A stretch of 64,000 bases of DNA from Tubiluchus corallicola (taxonomy: Eukaryota > Animalia > Priapulida). Position numbers and translations under genes: made by a program. This document shows positions 40,208-51,899 of this stretch, piece by piece. How positions within the stretch are numbered: the stretch's first letter is position 1; every line of letters begins with the position of its first letter. The DNA lies in the NCBI GenBank assembly GCA_030141605.1, contig JAQGDQ010000495.1, forward strand, positions 62,001 to 126,000, in the 5' to 3' direction. The notes under the pieces are model-generated. The model saw only the letters and a list, made by a program, of their open reading frames with translations, did no database searches and had not been told where the DNA came from.

Positions 40208-43200
40208 CTAAACCAAGATAAGACATTATCTTTGTAAAAACAACTTAAATCGTTCGTCCTAGCAGATTATCGTGGGACAATTCTTTTATTTTCATCAACT
40301 AAAACTGTATTAACGGCAACAGATTTATCTTTGGGGAAACCTCAACAGGTTTATCTTTGGGGAACCTCAACAGCTTTATCTTTGGGAAATCTTAGTAATA
40401 ATAATAGTTTCAAACACAGAACGACTGTATAAAACATGCATTCATTCGCATTATTAAAACAAAGCCACATATTTGTTTTAATAATATGAGCACGTTTTAT
40501 GCAACAGTTTGTGTCTTTGAAAATGTATTTACACCTCAAGAAGAAACTCTTGGCAGCAGAAAATCACAAAACACTTTTGAAAGCACTTCATTACACATTG
40601 TACTTGAAACTTAATTAATGTTTAAGCAATGCGTCAAATGGTGTGATACTTAATTCTTTCCAATAACAGTGCTTTTACAGTAGATAATAATAATGATAGT
40701 AATAATAATAACAATTTATTATTTATATAGTGCATCACATCAAGGGATCTCTATGACTTTACAATTAAAAAGTCTGTTATAACTTAAAATTACATATACA
40801 GTCATTATAAAATTAATTATTCTAAAATCACAAAATTTTACTAATTGCAAATAGTGCTATAGGATTTATAAGATTGATTTTAAATAATCGTTAATTGTGC
40901 ACATTTTAGTTTACCTGGGTATAGCACCTTTGCCACAAAGCTGTACCTCTTCTTCCTCATTCAGTGACGAGTCTGAATCGTACCGAACAAACTGCAGGTT
41001 ACCGTGATCATTAAATGGAATCATACGCTGCATACTGGTCATGCTTTGTCGCCGATCTGCATCCACCTGGTGAAATGGATCCGGAAGCATTGCAATGTTG
41101 CTTTCTGCTAGATCGACATAATCCCGTTCAATCTGCATAGAACTTTCTGCATCCTCCATCTCGTTTTCCTGAAAGTGAAACCAATTAGAGATCTAAAAGA
41201 ATTTACTTCCAAATGACTAACAGTTTTTATGTATACGGCCGGATCAGAAGGTGATGACAAAAGACTGCATGCAGTTATCATTCTTATTCATTCTTCAGTC
41301 TGAGTCAGCTCCGCCAACTATTGATTGGTCAAGAAATGATCTTACGCTTCCATAATACCAATGATTAGTAATGTTAGTCAATAATGAAGCAAGTCCAACG
41401 AAAGCTCGGAAAGTTGTCTTTTCATTAACTTCGTTATTTAAGCAGTGAATGTTTTCGAACCAATTAACGCTACGGGAATGATAATAGTGGACAGCACAGA
41501 ACACGATAAAAAATCCATGACAGTAAAACTTGGAAATCTAAGAAGTGACTTTAAAATGACCGTTACCTTTATGCAAATTATGTGATCACTATATTACCAT
41601 TACAATAAACTGCTACCTTTCTATTTATAAGTAATTGTAAGCAAAGGCAGTGAAACTCGTAGAATGTATGATTTATCTAACTTAAACATTAATGATTTTT
41701 AAACAAGATGTCATGGTAATAAATGCTCTACATTAACATTACTAAATTGGACTTGAAAGTATGGCTTCATTTAAAACATCACATAACAGAGCATTTTGCC
41801 AGAACATGCTGTCATATGTTACACAAAGGTTTCTTACAGCATTAGCTTTTCCAATTTGCTTGTATGCCGGTCTACACAGAATGAGTTCACCACTATGCTG
41901 TTTACTCATACAATTTAAAGCAAAATTGGACCCAATCTTAAACTGCAGTTCGAGCAAAAATACAAAGAAATAAAGCTGCCAAATCAACATCCAAACAAAC
42001 AAAACAATAATGGCGTATAAGGATCTAGAAGTACACAATTCAAAATCTTATCTATCACCTTAGTAATCCTGTTTCACGATTGCTATTATCTCATACTTTT
42101 CATAGTATGCAATCAGAAATTATTAATGATGAATCATTCATGGCAATTATTACGACTTACGTGAAAGAATTACTACCACACAAACACAATTTTGCGTTCG
42201 CGCCACTAGTTCTTCGCTTGTACATGCATTTCGCTATTTGCTAGTTAGACGGGCACTAGCGATTGCATTTCGGAAATGCATTGCAGAAAAAACAAGTGCT
42301 GCACCTCTCAGTTCAGATGCGTTAGTTTCTGACGTACTACATGTTTGAGCACCGTGGTAAATTTGAAATTTAAATTTTTATCTTGAAACTTTCTTTGTTT
42401 TAGTACAACATACCGAATACAGTACCACTGCACTTCAATTTTCGTTTTCGCAAACACGCTCATGGAATGTTTGTGCTGTTGAAAATAATGTTAGTTTGTG
42501 ATGTCATCAATAGTAGGGCTCACCAGCCGTTAATTAAGTTTTTAATCTATGATTTAATTATCCGAAATGCTTTAGCAGTATTAACTGTGTCAAAATGTAT
42601 ACTTTTTATCGGATTTGAAAATGGGGTAGTATATGAAAAATCATCTTATCTTCCTTTAAAGAATTCTCAGGGTGAACCATGTTAGCATTTACAGCTGAAA
42701 CTTTCTATAACCCAACAAGATCCAAGCAATCTTATTCAAGAACATAAAATGTACTACCAGCCAAAACAAAACCAACCTTTTCTTGCTGTAGTGAAGAATC
42801 CTCATTGTCAGACTGGTATCCATCATTTTTTGTGCCTTCTGCATGGGCACTAGTTTCGTTATGGTGCCTGCGAGGTGAAAAAAAGTTCCTGGTAGGCGTG
42901 ATACAGCCGGCCTCTGCTATAGCTTGTAACTGCTTTCGCATTGGATATAAACTATCTTTTGTTGGTGTATTACCTTTCTGTAATAATAACTTATATTAGT
43001 GAGGTTAGCCACCTTATCTCAGCACATTAAAGAAGTCCTATTCCAGCTTAAAAATTAATGAAATCAAATTGAAATGCATTTACAGACAATGTAGAGTAAA
43101 AGCAGCTGCTGACATGAATTTACGATAAAATGTCTGTTAAGGTCTACCATATCATTGCCAGTGTATTAGCGTTAGAGTTTTTTACATAAGCATGTTACCT

Positions 43201-46200
43201 TCCTTACTGAAAAAATAACTCATAACTGTCAAAAGCCACAATTATTGAACTCAACTATCACTTACACCACCAACAGCTGCAGCCTTGGTTGCAGAACGGA
43301 TTTTTTTCTGTTGCTTTAAACTTTCCTTTCGCATTTTCTGAATTGCAGCACGTCTGACTGGTTGTCTGTTGGAGCTGTCTTTTCGCAAAGTGCCCCTGCT
43401 CAATTTATACTTCCTAAAACGATATAATTTAGTAAATTTTTCTAGGTTACCAAGCAACTGCAGAAAGGATGATACATAAGTACACAAACCATCACACTGT
43501 ATTTATTAACTTTACATTGTAAAAAAACGACTTACTCTAAGTTTCGTTAATGCCAAAAATAATCACAGCTTGAGAAGAAAATAAAGGCAATTGCTTTAAT
43601 AGATACCTTGTTACTTGACTAAAGAATTTTTATACTGAACCTGGACAAATCAATTATACTGAAAGAAACTGGTTAAGTATTGTAACACTTTATCAAATGC
43701 TCTTTCAATTTTGTAATCTGTTGCAATATGCACACCTTACTATGACAGTTAACATGATGACGTGATGACATTCATAATATAATAGACATACCGAGTTTCG
43801 GTCATAATAGTAACTAATAAGTCTATGAAAAATAGTTCAGCTCAACTCACTGTATAGTTTGCTGCAGTGTTTCTATCCAACATCTAACCTCTTCCTGACT
43901 CTCAGAGTAGAGATATAAGATGTCTTCTTTGCAACTTATCTAAAAAAAACTTGGTAAGTCAGTAAAAAATTTAATTTATGTGTTTATTAAAAAGCATCAG
44001 ATAGAAAGCAGAGATAAATAAGCAGCATAGCGTAAATGCAAATATGGACAGTTTAGTTTGCCTATCTGCATTGGTTTAACAGTAAAATTTTGCACCTAAC
44101 AATCTCTGAACGACCTGAATGAACATAACAAAAAGCTTTGAAAAAGCCCAAATTCATAACTAATACTACAGAGAAAGTCAGCAAAACAAAAACTTACCGT
44201 GAACAAGGCACCTTTAGAGTTGGTCTCTCCAAACACCGTGTGTACTGAACAATGGTTCAGGGGATATATACAGCAGCACGCATACGACATAGTTTCACAC
44301 ATGCTAAGTGGACGTGGCTTGGCGTATATTAACATATCATTGAAAAGAAAAAACATTCTCATGTGTGATCTTGTACCTCTGGACCGTGATACCTGTTCAC
44401 AAACATTCACAGGTATATACATGATGCCTTTTCTATATGACTTTTCCGAAAAAACAAATCGACTGTTAATCTCTAAACAGAAATTAAAGATCTATGGATG
44501 ATACTAAATGGAATGGAAGCTCAAAGGTTCTGCCGCTTCCCATATGAGTGATGTATTTTCACAAATTTTGTAAAAGCAAGACGTGGAGAGCACATTGATT
44601 TAGTGGATATAATGACACTCAAATGACAAATACTAAGCAGATATCGTAAAGGATATTTGTATATATGATCTTAATGTTTTCCATTCATAGTTCAGGTTGT
44701 TTGTTTAATAAGAGATTACTCAGTTCTTGCTACTCAACTCTCAGTACAGGAAAACAAATGTGGCAACTTTAACTGACTTAGCTTTGAACTTAGCTTTGCA
44801 CAAACATAAGTCATAACCTGCCTTTAAACATGCTTATAAAAATTTGGAAAAAAACACCCATTTCCATGGCAACAAATTTCACGCAAAAAAACTGAATGAA
44901 CTGCTTACAGTTTGAAAAAGTGAGAGAAAAATGAATTTGAAGAAATTTACCTTTAGCAGTTGCCCTTCTTTAATGAACTTGCGTCCAGGAGCGACAATTT
45001 TCGGTCCATCTTCACCTAGGATGTTCTGAATGCTTAAGCATTTGAGGAAATTCTCATGATCACGGACATGCTCGTTGATGTGTGCGGCTATTTCAGTAAC
45101 ATTATGCACAGCTTCTGTACATAAAAAAAACCAGAGGAATTTAGAAAGGAGAAAACATACAGACTGAAAATTTAATCCACATAGGTGTTAGGTACATAAA
45201 ATCTGCACCTCGTTTTTTCTTTTAAAATAAGAGGGCTTGTTCGTAAACTTAAATTAGAGAGCTTAAACAAGAATTCATCAATTTACAAGACTTTGATATC
45301 ATATGCCAAACCAGCCAGCCAAACTCAAACAAATTCCAGGCATGCAGATAATTTTAAACGGAGCATTGAAACCAGTAACATTCAGCTTGATATACGCTGC
45401 TAAGCTTCTTGCACAAGTATGTTGCTCCGGGCTGTCTTTGCCATACAATTAAATGCAGTTATTATAGACTCAGTGTTTGCCATACAGCAGACTATAAAAT
45501 TTGCATTGCAATATGGTGCCCATTGTTATGTCTGCCTCCCAATTTGCTCAAGTCTAACAACCTTTCTCTGTGCATATGTGGCATTTAAGATCCAAATTTG
45601 GTTAACATTTTTGTCAATAATTTATTACGTGCAAATAGTATACTGCTAAACATGCTGCAACATTGAGCAGTTTTATCAATTCCATCAATATTGTTTCACG
45701 TTTTTCACACTAATTCTTCAGAATGATGTCCAACAACAAGACACTATAGCTTACCAGTTAGAGACGTATAGTCATTGTGGTTAGGCTTTGTGTTCTGCTT
45801 TAATTCTTCTAATAATAGCTTATACCTAGACAAATAAAACATAGCAAACACATAGAGTGTAATGAAAATATAGAAATTACTACTTGTTAAAACCTGTAAG
45901 TATTAAAGGCAAGAAAAATTTGTTTAAAAGGAAACTGTTTGTTTTTAACAATCACAGCTATATTCCATATTTCTGCTGCTGGAACAGAAATGAACAGCAA
46001 ATGCCAGTAAACCTGAGTAACATGCTTTGACTGTTTCTTGTTTAAACTGAGTTTTTCTAAATGCAAACTAGAATGGAAAATAGTATTTTATAATGAGTTT
46101 GGATCCAGCACATCCTATTTGCTAATTTTTCTTGTAAAGTTGATAATTTTTATAAGGAAGTGTTTCCCTGTATTTATAATTGTCATGAATCCATTTTTTT

Positions 46201-48409
46201 CTTAAAAATTTAGAATATTTATATATGCCAGTTAAATAGATAGGCATGATCCATTTAATGGGCACATATGAGGGCCATATTGGGAAAACGAAATTCTTCA
46301 TACAAAACATCAGCCTCTTAAGATTAAAACTGTAGCCTGTGATAGCTTTCAAAGATAAAGGTGATTTTTCACCACCACCAACAGCAACAAAAACGACAAC
46401 ACGACAAAGCTTAAGGGATTCCACATTTCATGCCAAACAAAAAAAAACACGTATATTGCACTTCAACTAGCTTGAACAAAACTTGTCTTTTCTATAGTAT
46501 AAGAAAGGCGATCACAAGAATTAGTACCTTGGAATTCGTTGAATGGGAGTTATGAGTAGCGCATTGAGTTTTAGTCCCTTCACTTCTGGACGACTCTCCT
46601 GCCTTTCTTTGAACAAACGAAAATGTCGATTCTTTTGTTCACAATCCTATGAACATCAACATGATGAGTGTACAAAGACCGCAATGTGTATAGTAATTTC
46701 TAAGAAAATCAGAAGCTAGAGACACAATCTATGGTACAGTAAAATAATTACATGAGTCTCTTTTATGCTCATCATTACTTGGTGTAGACAAATGCCTAAG
46801 CAGACATCTCGAAATCATTCTCATAATCTTTAAACTACAAAGTTCTAATGTAAGCAGTAAACAGTATAACACACACACATTTAATAAGTACACAGTGTTG
46901 TACTCTAGTACTTTGCATTTTAATGCTATACAGTACGCTGTCTTTGCCGACTTCTGTCATTAAAGTAGATAGCTCTACAAACTATACTTTCGTAGCTTCA
47001 AAGAGCGAAATAAACATTTGAATTAATGGCGACAACAATCGTAAAATTCCAAAGAAATCAAACTGCAAACCTGTAATGCTGATGCAGCATGTTGAAAGTT
47101 TTTGGCATATGCAGAATAAAGCTTAAGGTAAGGACCAAGTTTTATAAATGCTGAACCAATACTGGTTTTCTCCAAATACTCCAGCAAAGCCTACACAGAA
47201 AAAATATGTATAAAGAAGTATTACTGATTACTTCTTTATTAAATTAATGTGTAGTAGTGGTGCTCCAAAAGTGCAAACAACAAAACCTTCTGTTGCGTTA
47301 GGCCCTTAACTACAAAGTTTACATACATGTAGTACAGCTCAGCACAAATTTCAAAGACCGATAAACTAAATCATAACTTTACAGTTTTGTACATTTTATG
47401 AAACACATAAAAATGAGTGGAATTACCTGAACAAAAAAAACTATGCAGCTACAATTGTACATGTGTCTGGATGCTTCTGTCTGGCAAGACATAAAACATG
47501 TTTAAATGAAATGACTTAAAGCACTAAATAAAAGAAATCTGCCAGCTCAGCATTTACGTTTAACTCAAGTATAAAGTTCTAAAGCTAACCTGATTAACAC
47601 TGCGTATTGAACGAATGTTTCCAAATACATTTGTCACCACGTTTTCATTGAGTAGTTGATTGGCTTCCAAGGGTTCAATAAACCACTGTATTTTAAATAA
47701 ATTACTGTTAGTACTGACGACACATTCAAGTGGACAAAACAAAACACAGAGCATTACACAAACACAAAGCTAATTTGAATCACAAAGACATTAATTACTT
47801 GAATACAACAAATATTCCACAAGTATAATAATGCAGCCAACAACAGCTACATAGACCTAAGCACAGTTTTTACAAAAGTTTGTTGTAAATATTTTCACGA
47901 ATGGCTATATGACTCATACTAGAGCAATAACAATAATTTTGCAAATTGAATAGCAAGGAAAACCAACCTAAATTTTTCATTATTACTACTTTTAATAAGA
48001 AAATTTAACATGTGCAATGTTAGTTTAATCCTACTAATTTTGACTAATGAACTTCTTTTTTTGTTAACAGATGTCGCCACATTATACACTGACAAATACA
48101 GAACATTATTAGTCTTGTCTAAATGTCATCATATCACCTACTAGAACAATAAATAAGCAAACAGAAACTAGGGTACCTTTAACCTTAAATATGCAAGAAA
48201 TTCTGTTAATGATGTACCTTGATTATCAAGTCTAAATGACCAATATAAACTTTCTCAGTAGCAATGAGCTCGCATACAAGTTTTGTTCGAACTCGTTCTT
48301 GTCTTGCTTCTTCCTCTCTTTCTATCAAGAATAAGACGTCTCCTTTTTCAAGGCTTGTATGCTCTGGAGACTTTGTGTCTGGTAAATCCATTTCACATAG
48401 AACAGACAT
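40072..48409 (-). CDS. ARHGEF39: Dbl-family Rho guanine nucleotide exchange factor, ARHGEF39-like (DH + PH) with C-terminal extension ending in CTIL; 12 coding exons, ~594 aa
   Basis: DH motifs ELIATEKVYIGHL, VFGNIRSI, LKLYSAYAKNF and LLITPIQRIPRYKLLLEEL; PH motifs GRKFIKEGQLLKV and RMFFLFNDMLIYAKPRP...CIYPLNHCSVHTVFG resemble ARHGEF39. Exons 48409-48218, 47685-47590, 47190-47071, 46646-46528, 45825-45755, 45114-44951, 44392-44198, 43939-43851, 43413-43266, 42977-42777, 41168-40915, 40207-40072 are phase-compatible; total 1785 nt. The last three exons are joined on splice and phase evidence only. Confidence 0.85.
40324..40391. repeat. ~25-bp tandem repeat x2.7
   Basis: tttatctttgggg(a)aacctcaacag units. 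Confidence 0.85.
40915..41168 (-). CDS. ARHGEF39: ARHGEF39-like exon 11
   Basis: ENEMEDAESSMQIERDY...GKGAIP; tttcag / gtaaac. Confidence 0.75.
41948..42153. repeat. 206-bp direct repeat, copy 2
   Basis: Near-identical to 39426-39631. Confidence 0.92.
42777..42977 (-). CDS. ARHGEF39: ARHGEF39-like exon 10
   Basis: KGNTPTKDSLYPMRKQLQAIAEAGCITPTRNFFSPRR...QQEK; cag / gttggt. Confidence 0.8.
43266..43413 (-). CDS. ARHGEF39: ARHGEF39-like exon 9 (basic region)
   Basis: KYKLSRGTLRKDSSNRQPVRRAAIQKMRKESLKQQKKIRS; tag / gtaagt. Confidence 0.85.
43851..43939 (-). CDS. ARHGEF39: ARHGEF39-like exon 8 (end of PH domain)
   Basis: ISCKEDILYLYSESQEEVRCWIETLQQTI, including the Trp of the PH C-terminal helix. 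Confidence 0.9.
44198..44392 (-). CDS. ARHGEF39: ARHGEF39-like exon 7 (PH domain)
   Basis: RMFFLFNDMLIYAKPRP...GALFT; cag / gtaagt. Confidence 0.92.
44951..45114 (-). CDS. ARHGEF39: ARHGEF39-like exon 6
   Basis: VTEIAAHINEHVRDHENFLKCLSIQ...APGRKFIKEGQLLK. Confidence 0.92.
45755..45825 (-). CDS. ARHGEF39: ARHGEF39-like exon 5
   Basis: YKLLLEELKQNTKPNHNDYTSLT. Confidence 0.9.
46528..46646 (-). CDS. ARHGEF39: ARHGEF39-like exon 4
   Basis: RQESRPEVKGLKLNALLITPIQRIP. Confidence 0.92.
47071..47190 (-). CDS. ARHGEF39: ARHGEF39-like exon 3
   Basis: ALLEYLEKTSIGSAFIKLGPYLKLYSAYAKNFQHAASALQ. Confidence 0.9.
47590..47685 (-). CDS. ARHGEF39: ARHGEF39-like exon 2
   Basis: WFIEPLEANQLLNENVVTNVFGNIRSIRSVNQ. 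Confidence 0.9.
48218..48409 (-). CDS. ARHGEF39: ARHGEF39-like coding exon 1
   Basis: MSVLCEMD...RVRTKLVCELIATEKVYIGHLDLIIK; an acceptor 7 nt before the ATG implies a further upstream exon. Confidence 0.88.
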
Positions 48410-48699
48410 TTTAAACCTGAAAAAAGTATATTTTATTTTAGGTGATTGGCAGCCGTAGGCAGAATAAGCCTACATAAATAAATTATATGCTAATGTACCT
48501 GGTAAAAGTTATCTGCTAAAACTGTTAATAATAAATAAATCTACATACATGTATGTAGATTAATGTGTACAGTTGAATTTAATTTACAGTTGTGAATGTG
48601 TCTATAATTTTACCAATAGAATAGGTTGATAGTAAGTAAGTAAATGATTTATTTGTCTCTGGATGTTACAAAATAAATACGAACAAAAGCAAAAAACTA

Positions 48700-49192
48700 C
48701 CGCATTTATTCGAGTATAACGCGCACCCCTAATTTTCTATTAAAAATCGGTATCAAATTTTGTTTCACTTTTTCTCGGCTCAGACCAAGCATTGTAAGTG
48801 ACAAACGTTGTTGAACACGTGCGTTGTTGAACAACTCCCGTCTCTAATATTCGTCTCTGGTACAGTGAATTCTCGGCCAGATGCTCGATTTCCGTGGGCC
48901 AGGCACCGTCCGACAAAGTCTGCTGATGACGCAAATACTATTAACTATTTCCTTACCTATGCCTCAACTCTGCAGTGAGTGTTGCCCATAGGCGTTTTGT
49001 GGGTCGAGAGATGTGGCTGCATTCAATGTTTTGCGATTGTGGTCAGCGAAATCTTTGACTAATGAGTCATTGCACAAATAATATATTGATACATCTAAGC
49101 GTGTCACCCCAGCCCTCGTTTATAACGCGCACCCAAACTTAGAGTTCTTTTTTAGGTAGAAAATTTTGCGCGTTATACTGGAATAAATACGG
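48700..49192. mobile_element. Tc1/mariner-superfamily (pogo/Tc2-like) MITE
   Basis: TIRs ccgcatttattcgagtataacgcgca / tgcgcgttatactggaataaatacgg; TA on both sides; internal tataacgcgcaccc repeat. Confidence 0.9.
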
Positions 49193-50029
49193 TAAAGTGA
49201 AGATGGAAAAGAGACGAGGTGGCGAAAAGACCAAGGGTCACCAGGTAAACTACCTCGATCCAAATTGAAGAAAAGTAAGTATCCTGTCAAGTAAGGTATG
49301 TACAAATGAAAATAATTGCCAACTTAACAAAAAAATGAGGCAACAAGTTCAAATGAGTTTAAATTTAGAAACAATAAATAAATTTGGCAATAAGAAGCTG
49401 CAAAATTGAAATTTACAAACAAAACAAAAAATTTAAATTAAAATCAAGAGACTAAGTCCAACTCAATAGAAACAAAACTAAAAGTTACATATAAATCAAG
49501 AAACTCATTTCATCATACGAAGCAAAAAAATGAACAATGTCAAGCCATGAGTAAATCATCACCACGTCAAGCACCTCTATCCATATTTAAAGGAAATTAT
49601 ATAACCTGACAAGTACAGACAAGGAAAATTATAACAATCAACACTTTAAAAAGAAAAAATACAGATAAATAACTAGGGAGATAACGGTATGAAACAATAT
49701 TTAAATTAATAAAATAGCTAAAACAAAAATTTGGATAGATCAGTTAATAGATAGCTGGCAATAAATCTGTATAAAAATTGGTAAATAAAAATTCTAGAGA
49801 AGAAATGATACATACTACTACTAGTAGTAGTATAGTAGTGATATGATTGATACTACTATTACTAGTGTCTGTCAGCGTCAGACATGGCAAATATACGACT
49901 ACTTAAATTAAATGATTTCAATAACTGTGCCACATTAACTTTGATTTAGTTATAACTTTACATTTAAAATTTGCATCTTCTTTTTCTGTTGCTCTAAACA
50001 TCTATTGTAGATACAGTATTAATCTACTC

Positions 50030-50440
50030 TTTATAGCACCCCATTGTTTCCTGTCTGCAGTTAAAATTTTCAACTCCTGCAATGCTATTGATAAGCTTGA
50101 CCTCAACTGTTGTAAGTCTTTACCAACTCTTGATATCCAAATTGTTTTTGGTTCGCCTGGCTTGAGGTGGTTTACCAGGTTTCAGTGTCTCGTTTAATGC
50201 TAATCTTACTGGTAAATTTGCAAACAATGATCACTTTAAATTTCCCATACAACAAGCAATAAAGTGATTCGTTTACCTCTACAATTTTTATAAAATTCAT
50301 TTCAAATTCGTTTATTGATAAAATCCAGAGTAACCGGACAGTATTTTTTTCGAAAAAAGTACGTGGCATCTTTAATCTTTTTCAGTGCTAAAATCATTGA
50401 CTTTATTTACAAACAGCCGTTCACATAATTATAGATGCTT
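50030..50440 (-). mobile_element. Decayed RTE-like LINE 3' remnant
   Basis: Minus strand, with frameshifts, gives G.PKTIWI..V.KDL...ADRKQW, similar to RTE ORF ends. Confidence 0.5.
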
Positions 50441-51899
50441 CTCGCTCAACAGTGTTCTATTGAGATCTGTTGTGATAGACATAGACAGAGACATTTTTTT
50501 ATTTTCTCCAAATGTGTCACAAATTTCCATTTTACGAAAAAAACTTTACTTTATCTACGGAGATGGGGCGAGGAAAGGATAGCTATTTGGCTCTCACTCT
50601 ATCATATTTGTAACAAACCAATAAAGGTTTGTTTTGTCCAGTTCACAACTGCCCTTGAGGCACATTAAATTCTCTACAAAGTATACCTTATAATCTCTCT
50701 TTCCTTTGACGGAATTAAATTTTAAATACATAATGTTATTAATTTCAAAATGATCGAATAATTAAAGTGTTATACCTATATCCCTTTTGTTCCCATTAAT
50801 TGATTTCCAAAAACCTTAATTTTGTGTTATTACTAACACTTTTGCTGCATTTATCTTGTATTACTGACATTGTTCCACTTTATAGTACTTCTTTACATAT
50901 TTTTCCATCCATTTTTTATTTGTTTCTTCACAATCCTGTGCTTTGCCAATACTAATTCCATACTGCTATGTATTTGCTAATTTTAATTCTATTTCAATAG
51001 ATAAGCTCGATCCATCATATTGGCATTTAATTTGATGTTCCTCTACTTCACTAGCTAGCAAAGCGTTCATTTCATGAATATAGTTGATTATGCTGCTGAT
51101 ATTAAACGAGTTCTGTAAAATATACATTTTTGGAAAGTATGTTCTTCAGTTGGCAGTATTTCCATTTTCCAGTTATGATATTAATATAATGCACGAACTA
51201 AAAAATAATTTACATTTACGGTCACATATACATTTTATGGGTATGCCAAGCATATGATTCTTAACCACTCATGTGCTCACGAATCATGATCTTGCACTGT
51301 TATCAATGAAGTGTGTGGTTTTAATTAACAGTATTATAAACAATAAATATATCACATTATTAATAACATCACGTATTTCTATAGCTGCAGTAATAATGGC
51401 ATCAAAGTAACTGTGCATTTTCGTTTATGTTGCACAGCTGGCACATAGCGCAATTTTTTTTCATAAAGTATTTCCAGCATATTATTTATTTCCAATCATT
51501 AGATTCTTGTTTTTTGGGGGGGGGGTTTCTGCTGGCTAGTTATTTTCTTAATAATTATTGCATATAAATTAATAGTAGAAACATGGATTGATTGTAAAAT
51601 AGAAAATTTTTTTTAATAAAAACAGCAAAAAGAAATATCAGTCTGTTACTTTAAATATTGCTACAATCTATGCATTTATTCGCAGTTCTTGTTTTAATAG
51701 TTTTACAGCTCACAGCTAAATATATAAAAAAGCAAGTATTGAGAATTTTTGAACGAGCTGCTTATTTTGGACAGTATGTGGCGCTGCCCGTAGGCCACCT
51801 ACCGACGATTGCTTGCACTGTTTTTAGGCTGTATTTTAGAAAGTTGTTGTAAATGGATCAGCTATGATTTTATAGAAACTGGTTACATAATTTAATAAG

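Noticed and set aside
40324-40391. CRISPR-like short repeats (also 22171-22263, 37321-37380, 61004-61081)
   Set aside because: Two or three adjacent copies without a series of unique spacers, no cas genes, eukaryotic context; ordinary slippage duplications
41295-41504. Extra GEF exon in intron 10 (69-aa ORF, acceptor near 41470)
   Set aside because: Splicing from exon 10 in phase 0 gives CGT-TAA immediately; no recognisable similarity
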